63,262 nucleotides of DNA, filler included, from Ministeria vibrans ATCC 50519 (GCA_943704425.1; 10 parts of 10 records of this genome joined end to end with filler, not necessarily neighbours in it); one strand, 5' to 3'; counted from the first letter of the whole stretch, positions 13,058 to 25,140 are shown. Notes: generated from the sequence alone by a model not told the origin. Made by a program: numbers and translations.

Positions 13058-13506
13058 GAGTCAGGGAGGCGCAAACGACAGCGAGTTTTGAAATATTGCA
13101 TCAATGGAGTTTTAAGGTCGTCTCGTTCTCTTTCTCGTTTCAAGGACCTGGTGCGATTGGAACATGAGGTGGCGCTATTAGCTTTCGTAGAGAATCCATG
13201 ATGAAAAAGGTGTAACAAGCAAAAGTGATCAGTGATCACAGAGAAAACTCAGAATCCTGAGAAAGAAGAATAAGTCAATAACTAAGTCACAAGACGTTAG
13301 ACGTCAGTCTGTACAACTATGGAGAAGCATCTGCGAACCAACAGCGAAACTCAACGATCAACAGTTTTCATTTTTCATTTGTCAACACTTGTGTTTACTT
13401 CTCGTAGGTATATACGTGAAAGAAATGTGTAATATTGTTGAAATTTAATACTGTGGCAATCACCCGCTCTTTCGTTTTCTTTCTCTCAGTCTCTAACTCT
13501 TATTAT

Positions 13507-14763
13507 TCAGTGGTAATACACCTCCCTAAGCTTCTCCAAAAGCCGCTCTTTGTCGTCGGGAGGAAGGAAGGAGGAACGTGCAGCATTGAAGGTGAGACGC
13601 ACAAAGGTCGCTTCGGAGAAACACATGTCGGCACGGAGAAGATCGTATTCGGAGGAGAGGGAGACGTCACAGACGGAGGGGTCGTCGGTGTTGATGGACA
13701 TGTTCATGTCGTGATGGACGAAGTGGGAGATGGGATGGACGGGTGCGCTGATGGGCACAGCGCATGTCTGGCGCGACGAGGTGTAGCAGCACTCGAGGTG
13801 GATTTTCTCGCGACGCACACGGTCAAAGATAGCCTCCGACTCGACAATGTGATAGCCATGACCGATGCGCTGTGCGTGGAGATGGTCCAATGCAATCAGC
13901 GCCTCTTCGGCCGGGCCTGACTCTGCTGCGTGCACTGTGCGTGGGATGTTGAGCTCTTTGGCAAGATCAAAGGCAGGCCGATGCGGTTCGGCAGGGGCAC
14001 TCTCGTCTCCTGCCAAGTCTACACCGACCACACCATCGTTGCGCATCTCCTGAGCCAATTGAACCACTTCCATGGACCATTCGGGTCGTCGGCGCATGCA
14101 GCACAGCAGTGTGCGTACCATCACCCCAAACTCGTCCGATCCGCGCTTAATGCCCCGGTTCATGGCTTCAACCACCTGGCGCGCACTCAGGGTGTCGCCG
14201 ACTAGCAGGTGCGGGGCATAGCGCGCCTCACAGTACAGGACATGACTGCGCGCTTGGTCTTCGCAAAACTCATAGCCAATCCGCTCAATCGTCTCCTCAC
14301 AACCAGCCACAATCGGAGTGAACACATAAAAGGCCTTGAGAAAGTCGACCAGCGAGCAGACGGACGGCGAGACAGTCACATGCGCCTTCAAATCTGCAAC
14401 GGTTTCAACACCGTCCGGCAAAGCAATCTTGCGCTGTCTGCACCAAAAAAGAATCAGCAGATGAGAGACCCACACTTCAATTGGTGAGTGGGAGTGGGTA
14501 CTAAATGGGGCTGTGTAACCTCTCGAGAGCCCGGGATTGAGGACAGGAGGCGCAGGAGTGAAGGAGAAGGCGCGCAATTTTTTTTTCTTTTTTGAAAATT
14601 TAGAAAAATCGCGAACACTGCGCAGTGGGGAGTGTCACCAGTGAGGGAGCATAGGGACTTACTTTGCGACTTCAAAGAGCGTTTCGGTGCGGATTGAGCC
14701 GTCAATGTGCACGTGAAGTTCGACGCGACACAACGGCGAACTGTACTGGGCCAGGCTCACCAT
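13507..14763 (-). CDS. ADA: Adenosine deaminase (2 exons)
   Basis: VELHVHIDGS; GVVGVDLAGDE; RTVHAAE; QRIGHGY; SINTDDP. Confidence 0.95.
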
Positions 14764-15156
14764 GCGGGGGGGGGGGGGGGGGGGGGCAGTTGGGTTACGA
14801 TGAACGGGTGCGTCGGTGAGACACACGGAGAAGATAATCACAGACAAAATAAATTGTGATTTGTATTCAACGTGATTCATCACTTTGGAGTTTGACGTTT
14901 GTTTGTTTTTGCCATCCGTCCGGCATTGTTCGCCCGTCTCCGACATCATCAGCTCCATGTTGGAGGCGTACGCACGACCGGCCGCCACCGCAACGCGATC
15001 CCACGGTTCGCTCATGAGTTGACAAATTTCAAAATANNNNNNNNNNNNNNNNNNNNNNNNNNNNNNNNNNNNNNNNNNNNTTAATTAATTAANNNNNNNN
15101 NNNNNNNNNNNNNNNNNNNNNNNNNNNNNNNNNNNNAGCATTTCTCTCTCGCGCAG

Positions 15157-15242
15157 CCAAAGACCTCATTCAGAAGATGACAGTGTTTGCGCCTTCCGAT
15201 CGCATTTCTGTCCAGGATGCGATGCTTCACGACTGGTTTGAG
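15157..15242 (+). CDS. C-terminal exon fragment of a Ser/Thr protein kinase (subdomain XI)
   Basis: Manual translation AKDLIQKMTVFAPSDRISVQDAMLHDWFE between ag and gt splice sites. Confidence 0.65.
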
Positions 15243-15794
15243 GTGAGTCTGTGGCAACGCCGGCTGCTAAAAACGAATCTAAAAAACAAATCGTCGTCGT
15301 ATTGCTGTAGATGAGTCCTGAGGTGCCCGAATTTTACATGACTCTCTATGGGTATCCCACATCTGTCGTTTGAGGTCTCCACTTCATCCGCCCCTTCTGT
15401 ATTTGTATCCACTTTTCTCTCATTCTCTGTAGTCTACGCATTATAAAACCCCCAATCAATCAATCATGCTTGCCGTTTCTTTTCATCAAGTCAGATTTCA
15501 AGTGTCTGTCAGACTGTCCCTAATAATATTAAGAATACTGCTGCAATGTTATCATCCATCACAAACACACTTTCTAAGCTAGTACAGGAGCATCGAGGGG
15601 AAGCGGAGACAGATTGGCTGATGGTCGATAGGCACCAGATGCACTATATGTCGAGAGGAATAATTGAAGACATATTATTATCAATCAACGAAAAGCGACA
15701 ACGCAAACAGCTCAGAACCACTTTTGGTATAAAAAAACCCCCCGCACAAGGCAAAAAAAATATTATTATCATTATTATTATAATTATTATTATG

Positions 15795-16319
15795 TTACAA
15801 TCGTCGTGTGTCCAGACGCGCACGTACAGCGTTGAAAGAGGCAAATAAGATCATCAAGGCAACAATGGCAATGACTATGGAGGCCGAGACGACGGCGCCA
15901 ACGCCGGTCGACGACGGGCACGCCTCACCGCTGGTCAAGTCGTGTATCCATGGAAACGACACGGCGGCTCCCCAAATAGCCAGAGGAATGGCCATGGCGG
16001 ACAGTGCCGACGATACCTGGGTTGGTCGGTGGTTTTTGCGCTTGTGTCCTGCTGAGAGCGGGATCTTGTAGTAAAAATTCAAGCAACCCGCAGAAATTTG
16101 AGAGAGAGAGAAGACAATCAAGTAGGCGGGCACGCTGGGCGATATGGGGCAGTCTCCGGCGCCCAGGATGCCAAAAATAAGCAAAGTGAAGTTGGTCAAG
16201 GTCAGACAGGCGCCGCCGTAGCGTTCGCGGCTCGACATGGCATAGGGCGTCTCCAGAGGAGCCAGTGTGTCGCCGCCAGCCACGTCGCTCTCCTCCCCGA
16301 CCTCGATGTAGCTTGACAT
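15795..16319 (-). CDS. Four-TM membrane protein, TMEM272-like
   Basis: Four hydrophobic segments; DCPISPSVPAYLIV resembles the CP..P.IP.YL.V motif. Confidence 0.55.
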   Translation of the reverse strand: MSSYIEVGEESDVAGGDTLAPLETPYAMSSRERYGGACLTLTNFTLLIFGILGAGDCPISPSVPAYLIVFSLSQISAGCLNFYYKIPLSAGHKRKNHRPTQVSSALSAMAIPLAIWGAAVSFPWIHDLTSGEACPSSTGVGAVVSASIVIAIVALMILFASFNAVRARLDTRRL

Positions 16320-16499
16320 GTTCCGTAGATGATGATCAAATGAAAAGTGCCGTCAGTGCAAGTCGGCGCGTGGGCTAATCGGCCGTAGCTGGGTGTCGAA
16401 TTATTTATTATTCTGAGTATTTTGACTTACTTTTTGAGTGTTGAATAGAAATTAGAAAAAAAAAACTATTATTAATTTGACCCGTATCACGTTAGGTTT

Positions 16500-16643
16500 A
16501 TGAAAGACGGCAGCGCCGTGCGCGCCCTCAACACCGATCATGTTCGAAATGGCGAGAACCGCTTTCGCTTCCAGACCTTCACGGAACGTGTTGCCGCCGT
16601 CAACATCAATGTGACCCATCGAGTCGCTCCCGTCGCAGACCAG
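16500..16643 (+). CDS. UTP20: Small-subunit processome component UTP20, first exon (truncated by contig end)
   Basis: ENRFRFQTFTERVAAVNINVTHR resembles the conserved UTP20 N-terminus. Confidence 0.7.
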
Positions 16644-16861
16644 GTAGCTCGCGCCTCCAAAAGCACTCCATCGCCCCCCCCTCCCCTCTCCCATGATGCT
16701 AAACCCCTCCCTCCTTTTCTTCTTTTCTCTCCTTTTTTTTTNNNNNNNNNNNNNNNNNNNNNNNNNNNNNNNNNNNNNNNNNNNNTTAATTAATTAANNN
16801 NNNNNNNNNNNNNNNNNNNNNNNNNNNNNNNNNNNNNNNNNTGTTTTGTTATTGTTTTTCT

Positions 16862-16933
16862 GGCTTCGTATTATAAGTGGAAGAATACCCGACTGTCTAT
16901 CGGGTGGTTCGGGTTCGAGTCCCGACGAGGCCG
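16862..16933 (+). tRNA. tRNA-Asp (GTC), followed by genomic CCA
   Basis: Acceptor GGCTTCG/CGAGGCC; anticodon arm CCCGA-CTGTCTA-TCGGG; T arm TCGGG-TTCGAGT-CCCGA; D stem weak. Confidence 0.85.
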
Positions 16934-16956
16934 CCACCGTATCATGTGATTGATTT

Positions 16957-17037
16957 GCACTCGGAGACGTTGGACGTCAACTGCACTTGAAATGCAGTGC
17001 CCCTGTGGGGTAGCAGGTTCGATTCCTGTTGAGTGCG
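16957..17037 (+). tRNA. tRNA-Ser (TGA) with long variable arm and atypical D arm
   Basis: Acceptor GCACTCG/TGAGTGC; anticodon arm CTGCA-CTTGAAA-TGCAG; variable arm TGCCCC-TGT-GGGGTA; T arm GCAGG-TTCGATT-CCTGT; T-rich tract downstream. Confidence 0.8.
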
Positions 17038-17304
17038 TTTATTTGCTTGATTTTTTTAAGGAAGAATACCCACAAAAAGCCTTTAACTGCTTGTCTTTGT
17101 GCTTGTGTTAGACCATTGGTGTGCCACTTGACAAACACTTATAGCTAATTAGCTAGGGAGTTACGGGATTCAAAACCTAAAAATGAACACACAATTTCAA
17201 CTGTGTTATTGTGAGACGTTGGTTTGAATTCTGAGTAGAATAGAAAAATTAATTTTATTATTATTATTATTGATTTTTAGTCATAATCATTAAGTCATTC
17301 GTTG

Positions 17305-18368
17305 ATGGACCCTCCCGACCTGACCGTTCCCATTGGCGTTGAGGCCACGTGTGTCTCGTTTAACCACTTGTCTCAGCCACGCCTATTGGCCTTTGGCGGA
17401 GATGTATCGCTCTCCGTTGGTGCGTTGACCGACGAAAAGTTTGAGCGACTCGTCGACATCTACCACGGTCCGTAGGCACACAGCGACGCCTGCACGGTGC
17501 TCACCCTCCTCTCCTCTCCAGGCACACGCATCCACGACATCACATGGGCCGAGCCGCAGTCTTCGTCGCTGCTTACGTACGGCCGCACAATCGCAATCGT
17601 CGTTGCCTCGTCTCATCCTTCTTCTCCTCCTCCAGTCTGATCACGGCGGGCGCCGACCGATGCGTGCGCGTCATCGAGGCGCACGACAACACCAGCTCGT
17701 CGCAGGTGCGGCTGGAAGGGCACACGTTGTACGTGAACTCGGTGGCGTACAGCGACGCGTTTGTCGCGTCCACTGGCGACGACAACACCTGTCGGCTGTG
17801 GGACATTCGCGCGCAGACCGAAGCCTGTCTGTTTCGACTGTCCTCCGCCGGCGTGTCGGTGTCGCTGAATCCGGCAAGCGAGCACCAGGTGTGCGTGGGT
17901 GAGCGGGGCGGCACCATCCGTCTCTTTGACGTGCGTGGTGTGACGCAGTCCCCTGTGTGTGTGTTTAGCTGTGGCACGACGCAGCCCTTACAGAGTTGCG
18001 ACTGGAGCCACGTGTCACCAGGCCGCATTGGTGCAGTGGCAGGCACAGAGTGGTTCGTATGGGACCTCAAATCGCCGAGTGGGGCTCTGCAGCGTGGCCA
18101 GTGCCATCCAGAGGGCGCTCACGCGTTCACCTTCTCTCACATTGCCGCAGGGCAGTTCGCTACCTCAGGCAAGTCAGGACTCATCCGTATCACAACCCTT
18201 GCCCATCCATCGCTGCCGCTTACGCGGCGCCCCACCAGCGACAACAGCAGCAGTGCACACGAGCGCCCGTCGCCTCTCGCCTGGCACGCCTCCCGTCGTC
18301 TCCTTGTCACCGCTGCTGCTCGCTCTCTCCACTTCTTCAATGCCGACGATGACCAGTTTGAGCTCTGA
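17305..18368 (+). CDS. NUP37: Nucleoporin Nup37 (WD40); start approximate
   Basis: GHTLYVN..VASTGDDNTCRLWD..LSSAGVSV..VGERGGTIRLFD..PLQSCDW..IGAVAGTEWFVWD follows the Nup37 motif order. Confidence 0.75.
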
Positions 18369-18447
18369 CCTGTTCTCTTTCTTTTCCCTGTGTACTCTTG
18401 TATCAACAAAGCAAGTTTCAAGTTTTGTCTCTGTGTGTGCGTGTGTT

Positions 18448-19241
18448 TCATTGAATGGAGCGCGACACTTGTGAATGATCTGTCGCCTTGTTCTTATGGT
18501 CTGCTGGATTCGCACTGGCCTCGTACACGGTAATGATTGTGTCGCGTTTGAGCTGACAAAACAAAAAAGGTGGGTTCTTCAGGTTTGGGGGTTTGTTGTG
18601 ACACGAACCTGTTTGAATTCGCCTTTGAGACCAATAAAGTGGATGCGCGTGGTGTCGGATCCGTAGTTGTTGGGAAAGAAGAGGGTGAGCGAGTGGACGC
18701 CCTGAAACTGCGATATCCTGGTGTTGTATTCGAGTGCGCCGGTCGGATCTGCGTGGAGATCCCACGACTGGACGGGAGTGCGCTCTTCAACATCGTCAAA
18801 ATCAAGATGGTCGACATTCTTCCAGGCCTTCATGGTGCGAGGATGTGTGCCGTCTGCTTCGCCGACGATCATGATCGATTTGAGCTTAATATCGGCTGTG
18901 AATCTGCGAAACAACAACAAAAACATAACATTTTATAGTGTTATGAGACGTACGATTTGTCAGAAGTTATATGTTTTGCGATACGGAATGAAAATGAGAA
19001 GCTGTTCGTCGGCGTCACTCTCAACATAGTGTGTCTTGTCGGCGCGCTCTGAGAATGGGCGGAAGAGGCGTGCGCCCTGGGCCTCGTCGACGGCGTTGAG
19101 ACAGCGCACGCCATTGTTGTCGACCTGTTGGAACAGCGAGAACTCCATGCCGCGCTCGGCGTCGTCGTCGTGGTCATGGTCGTGACTGTGCCCGTGGCTG
19201 TGGGAGTGGTCGTCGCCGCTGGCTTCAGCTGCGCACGACAT
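18448..19241 (-). CDS. PITHD1: PITH domain-containing protein 1 (multi-exon)
   Basis: His-rich N-terminus; VESDADEQLLIFIP; FQGVHSLTLFFPNNYG.DTTRIHFIGLKGEF; VYEASANPADH. Confidence 0.92.
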
Positions 19242-19557
19242 GAGTGTGAATATAAATAAAACTGTGTGTGAGACTGTGAGTTGTGAAACAGGAAATTTTG
19301 TAAACGTTTCACAAATTAATCACTAATAATTCATTTTTCCCCCTAATAACTAAGAAGGAATAATATTTTATTATTACAAATTGCTTGCGCAGAGTGAAGT
19401 GCAACTCATCGCTACAACAACCTGATTCTAATACATATTACTGTGACTCAGCTCAATGCAGACAAACAAAATTCATTATTAAATTTTATGATTATTCTTT
19501 TCGTTTTGGTACAACACTCACACTGACAGTGAGTTCTGACACACGCAGAACAAACAC

Positions 19558-20482
19558 TCAATCGACTTGGTCGTTGTCGTCGTCGTCAGCATCCAGCTCA
19601 AACCCGCCCGTCCCTTCTGTAACACCCGTCGTGCCACTCTCCTGTACGTCGTCCTTTCGCCCAATCACATGCGATGTGTTGGTCGTATAGTCAAACTCAA
19701 CCAACCCGCCAAAGTCCGTCTCAATCTGATCGTCGTTGTAGTGTTTCTTGAAGAACGCCTGTCGCTCCTCCATTGAGCCCCCAACAAAGTGTATCTACCA
19801 TCACAACAAATAAGCTCTGTCACTCGTCTGTCTGTCTCTCTATCTGTCGGTCTGTCTGTCTCGAACCTTTTCCTTTGTGACTTTGTCAATAAAAGGAGAC
19901 AAGACTCTCCAGAGCATCGAGAAGATGCGGGGCGCATTGACAACGGCGACAAGATAACATCGCTCGGGATAGTGATTGGAGAGGATGGACGCCCACCGCC
20001 GGCCGACGGACGCGTCCCCTGAGCGCGACAGCGAAAAACCCGTCATATCGATGATGTACGACAGCTTTTCAATGCCACGCGAGGCGTCCATGCGACGACA
20101 ACACTCCTCCAGATTGTACAGGATCAGATCGAGTTTCTCGTCCGGTGTCCCTACTTAGCAAGTGCGTGTGTGAGACAATGACCACATGGCGCGCGTCAGC
20201 CCCCCCACTGACCTTTCGGATCCCGCGACACGCGCATGTAGCACGTGGGGTGGCCGTGCTGGTCGTATCCCGCGACGTAGTTGGACCCGGCGACCGCCTG
20301 GCCCTTGACGGCGTCGTACGTCAAGTCCTGCGGCCGCACCGACGCGCGCCACTCAAGCGTCTCTTGGAGCATCTTGAAGGCCTTCTTCGTGTCGTAGTTG
20401 CGTGCTCGTAGGTAGCGGCAGATGGTGCTGTCAGAGCAAAAGGTTGTCATCTCCTCATTTCTAAAACGGAGAGAGAAGGAGA

Positions 20483-20525
<43 letters not shown>

Positions 20526-20727
20526 GATGAGACATGGCCAACGGAGCTGCACAAGGAGATGCACCGGCAAGGCGAGTGGAGAGAATAGAGAGAGAGAGAG
20601 GGAGGGAGAGAGGAAAGAAGATCAAAAACCATTACAGGTTGAGCGAAGCGATAAGCTCTTGCATCTCATTGAACTTTTTGAGCTGCTGAGCGTCAAGGGT
20701 GTCGATTGGGGTCCCATCAACAGACAT
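19558..20727 (-). CDS. CRAL-TRIO/Sec14-family lipid transfer protein (multi-exon)
   Basis: RYLRARNYDTKKAFKMLQETLEWR; YIIDMTGFS; ILSNHYPER; VNAPRIFSMLWRVLSPFIDKVTKEKV; DFGG. Confidence 0.9.
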
Positions 20728-20768
20728 GATGGAGTGGACTGGAGATAGAGAATAAAATTAAACGCTGA

Positions 20769-20910
20769 TCACACTCCGATGACCGATCCTTCCGCCTTCG
20801 CTACACCGTTGGCGTTTGCGTAGCATATGCCGAGTTCGCGTTGGGCCATTGCATCCTCTTTTGCTGCTGCCTTGGTGAAAAACTCGATTGCCAGACTCAG
20901 ATCTTTCCAG
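20769..20910 (-). pseudogene. Isolated Sel1-like repeat fragment (relic or terminal exon)
   Basis: Manual translation KDLSLAIEFFTKAAAKEDAMAQRELGICYANANGV. Confidence 0.5.
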
Positions 20911-21739
20911 AGACTTATTCGACAGTCAAGGGAGTACATTAGTCACTCACAGATTACTCACTCCGCACTTTGGAGCTTGGGGTTGGTTGGAGCCACTTCA
21001 ATCATAGTAACTAGTAGATGTCTATTCCTGGCACCTGTAGCATTCTCTTATCTGTTGTTGTGTTGTGTCATGATGAGTCATCAAAGAAAAAAAGACGCTC
21101 GACCTTCCACTCAATGAATAAAGAAAATCATTAATAATAATTATTAACAGATTCTTTTTTACCTTTCCATATTCTCCTGATTATTAAGTGAGCGAGCGGC
21201 CGAGCGTTGCTCTCTCCTTGGGACCCCTGTGCCTGCCATGGGCGGCTCACCCAGCTGGCAGGCGGTCAGCATGGCGGTCTACTGCACTGCCTCTGTGCGG
21301 AGTGGAACCAGCAGCGCCGCCATGCTGACTGCGGGGGTCTTCATGTACTTCTTCAGGGAACGGATTGTTAAGAATGAGCCAGAATCACTGCGACCAACGC
21401 AAAACTGAAACAAGTAAAAAAAANNNNNNNNNNNNNNNNNNNNNNNNNNNNNNNNNNNNNNNNNNNNTTAATTAATTAANNNNNNNNNNNNNNNNNNNNN
21501 NNNNNNNNNNNNNNNNNNNNNNNACAAAAAAAAAAACAAAAAAAAAACGGAGACAGGCGAGGTGAAAGAATCAAAATGATCGAGAGAAGAGAAAAAAGAA
21601 AAACAACGTGATAGAGAGAGAGAAACAAAGTGATAGATAGATTAGAGAGAGAAAAAAAGTGATAGGGAGAAAGCGACAACATACGAGTGGAGAGTGGAGA
21701 AGACGAAGCGCAAGGCTCCACTGGGCTGCAGCTGCAGCT

Positions 21740-22477
21740 GCGTCAAGGTAGAAGAGCATGTGCTGAAGCGTCTTGATGCCACCGCTGGCCTCCGCCTTGC
21801 CCAGAATGCGCACGCACAGGGGAAGGAGCATGCTCTGTGCAACTGTCTCTTTCGCTGGATCCTTAGCCTGTCGTGTCGTGTCGTGTGTGTGAGTGTGTGC
21901 CAAACTCAAAAATTAATATATTTTTTTGCTACCTGCATGAACAGGCTGTGGGCCGCCCAAAAGAGAAACTCTGGTTTGACCTTGGCCATTTTGAGTGCAA
22001 GCGTTTGTTGTTTGGCAAGATCACCAACGCGGATGTGTGCCTCCAACAGGCGCAGGAGCACTTCCATGTCCTAGACAGAAGAAGAATACACTTTGAGTGT
22101 CTGGATCGAGTTTGAAAATGAGCCCGCACCGTTGGCGATTTCTCCGCTGCTGTGATGTACATATCACGGATGAGATCGGGTCGGTTGCACTCGCGGTAGG
22201 CAAATTCCATTGCCTAGGAGACAACAATAAAAGAAAAGGAGAGATCGAGTGAATTAATGAAGATAATAATCATTGATTGTGCTGTGCGTACGCGTAGTGT
22301 TGCATAGTCGGATGGATTCTCAGCGCGGACCTTCAAGGAGTACATGCAACGACAATGATAAGTGTTATTGAGTCGACAACGGGATGGCAGTGGGAGTGAC
22401 CACATCGTACTGATTCGAGAAGCTCAAGCCCGTGGTCGGTCTGGCGTAAGCGTGCGACGGCAAGGCCTTTCAGTGCC
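21740..22477 (-). CDS. NAA25: NatB auxiliary subunit NAA25/MDM20, N-terminal internal exons
   Basis: ALKGLAVARL; VRAENPSDYATL; YRECNRPDLIRDMYITAAEKSP; HIRVGDLAKQQTLALKM; MLLPLCVRILGK, all colinear with the NAA25 N-terminus. Confidence 0.75.
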
Positions 22478-22564
22478 TGTGCGTCAAATGAGTCAGTTCT
22501 CTTTCCCACCGACGCGACTCACTCACGCACTCACTCACTCACTCACACACACTCTATCACTTTG

Positions 22565-22943
<379 letters not shown>

Positions 22944-23043
22944 NNNNNNNNNNNNNNNNNNNNNNNNNNNNNNNNNNNNNNNNNNNNTTAATTAATTAAN
23001 NNNNNNNNNNNNNNNNNNNNNNNNNNNNNNNNNNNNNNNNNNN

Positions 23044-23152
23044 CTGGCTCGCCACCGTACTTGAACAGCTCGATGGGCACGTTGTCGTCACCTGGCGCTT
23101 TGTCATTGTGCAACTTCTGCAGCGCCATCTTCACCTCTATCGGCTCGACGGC
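23044..23152 (-). mobile_element. 5'-truncated non-LTR retrotransposon (LINE/RTE-like) fragment, pre-RT region
   Basis: EVKMALQKLHNDKAPGDDNVPIELFKYGG is the typical KAPG.D motif preceding the LINE RT domain. Confidence 0.8.
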
Positions 23153-23294
23153 ATTATTAGAAGAAGAAGAATACAACCCATTTATTAATGATATTAAATT
23201 ATTAACAGTCAACAGAAACAAAAAATTTAAAAAAAATAATAATAATAAATTTATTAATATATACACTCGTCGTAATAAGCTTTGATCAAACTTA

Positions 23295-25004
23295 ATGCCC
23301 ACTACACAACAAAAGCTAGACAGTTTCATTACTGATGGCGTCAATTTCATTCGATCAGGTAGGATGGATTTTCCTTCATCAAGTTTGTATGAGAGTCATC
23401 GTAAACGCATCTTGAATCGTTACAAAAACTACTCTCTGAATTCTCAAGGTTTGCTGATCAAAGAAGGTGATCCACGTTCTCTCCTTACGTCTCAGCAGGC
23501 CCAAGAGATGATGCAGAAGCATTACAAACAGTTGGGTGATATCGGCCGTGATCGCTTTTACTACTTCTTGGCAGACAAGTATGCGGGGATCTCGCAGCAA
23601 CAGGTGCAGCAGTTCCTCAACAACCAAGAGCTCCATCAGCTCGTCCTGCCTGTGCGAAAGCAGAAGGTGAGCAGTGTCATTGTCACCGACAAACCTATGA
23701 AGCGGTGGCAGGCCGACTTGGTGGACGTGACCAAGTGGAAGAGCCCACAAAATCGACATGCGACGTTCCTCCTTACCATCGTCGACACGTTCTCCAAATA
23801 CGCCTGGGTCATGCCGCTCACCAGCAAGCACAGTGCCATCGTGGCTGCTGCCTTCGTTACGGTGTTCGCCGAGGCAGGTGTGCCCGAGGAGCTGCAGACG
23901 GACCGCGGTAGCGAGTTCTTTGACGACGTTGCCTTGGTATTTCAAGAACGAAACATCAAGCACGTCCGAAGTCATGCCTACAGCCCACAGACAAACGGTC
24001 AGATTGAACGGTTCAACGGCACACTCAAACGCATGTTAAATGCACACATGCTGGCCCGCAGCACGCGTTCCTATGTCAACGATTTACCTCGGCTGCTCAA
24101 GCAATACAATTCGCTCAAGCACACCACCACTGGTGTCGCTCCAGTCAAGATTCACACGTCTGCGTCCGACACACAAACGAAGCAGGTCAAGGAGCGTCTG
24201 GAGAAGCGTGCCACGAAGCAAGTGGGCAAGTTCAAACGCTGTCGCTTTTATATCTTCCACGGTGCAGGCAGCAACGGTAAGACATCATTGATCCGCCTCA
24301 TGCAGTACATGAAACATTTTGTTGAATTGACACCGTCTTTAACACCAACACTCGCGAAAATGCACGATGAGAGGCCCAATTTGGCTGTTGCGCGCCTGTC
24401 TAAGATGGATTATGAGTTGGACGAAGCAATAATACCAGCATTGACTGATGTTACGAAATTGGTTCTGGAGACGAACCACAAACCCCACTTTAACGCGTCG
24501 AATCGTGCCCTAACGGAGCGCCTTTGCTACCTTCGCTTTAATTCGGTGTTCGTTAAAGGGTTTAAAGAAGGGACATATAATGCCGAACCTGAGTTTATAG
24601 ACCGTCTCTCTGGTGACGGCTTGGATGAGTTGTTTACGCTTTGTGTTTTGGGTGCTCGCAAATGGTATGAGATTGGGCCTGAAGGAAGCTTGCAAGACCC
24701 ACCTGAGTTTGCCCAGTTACTTTCAGAATACATTGCTGAGGAGGACGTAATCCAGCGTTTCATAGACAAGTGTTGTATTGTGGTTGCAAATGCAGAGGCG
24801 AGTGCAGGTATACGTTTACTTTACAAGAAATACAAGATATTCTGTGAGAATAACTGTCTGACACCTGACGCACGCAGGTTGTTCGCAGACAAAATGGGAC
24901 TAATATTTCGCCGACGTGGAGAATATCTCTTAGGGATTAAACAAAAACCGGACGTGGAACCAGAGTATGAACATCGAGATGGAGATTTTAAGCTTGATTT
25001 CTGA
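23295..25004 (+). CDS. Maverick/Polinton-type rve (DDE) integrase fused to a C-terminal SF3/D5-like helicase module
   Basis: WQADLVD..LTIVDTFSKYAW..LQTDRGSEF..NGQIERFNGTLK (DDE). Then FHGAGSNGKT (Walker A), ETNHKP (motif C) and a winged-helix-like LYKKYKIFCENN. Confidence 0.88.
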   Translation: MPTTQQKLDSFITDGVNFIRSGRMDFPSSSLYESHRKRILNRYKNYSLNSQGLLIKEGDPRSLLTSQQAQEMMQKHYKQLGDIGRDRFYYFLADKYAGISQQQVQQFLNNQELHQLVLPVRKQKVSSVIVTDKPMKRWQADLVDVTKWKSPQNRHATFLLTIVDTFSKYAWVMPLTSKHSAIVAAAFVTVFAEAGVPEELQTDRGSEFFDDVALVFQERNIKHVRSHAYSPQTNGQIERFNGTLKRMLNAHMLARSTRSYVNDLPRLLKQYNSLKHTTTGVAPVKIHTSASDTQTKQVKERLEKRATKQVGKFKRCRFYIFHGAGSNGKTSLIRLMQYMKHFVELTPSLTPTLAKMHDERPNLAVARLSKMDYELDEAIIPALTDVTKLVLETNHKPHFNASNRALTERLCYLRFNSVFVKGFKEGTYNAEPEFIDRLSGDGLDELFTLCVLGARKWYEIGPEGSLQDPPEFAQLLSEYIAEEDVIQRFIDKCCIVVANAEASAGIRLLYKKYKIFCENNCLTPDARRLFADKMGLIFRRRGEYLLGIKQKPDVEPEYEHRDGDFKLDF

Positions 25005-25140
25005 ACACTACTACTGATAACACATTCATGCCTATGTGGGTGTTCCAGTTGTCTATGAGTTGTCTATAATTTTTCATTGGATTGGCGTTTGGTCGTGACA
25101 AAAAATATAATATTATAATTTTTTTTATTTTTTTTTATTG

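Noticed and set aside
14766-14786. Poly-G runs (also ~12462 and ~54966) as G-quadruplex elements
   Set aside because: They are homopolymers, one at a contig edge, with unreliable length and no supporting context.
16957-17037. Possible selenocysteine or opal-suppressor tRNA
   Set aside because: The anticodon loop is CTTGAAA (TGA, reads Ser UCA), not TCA. The acceptor and T stems are the standard 7/5.
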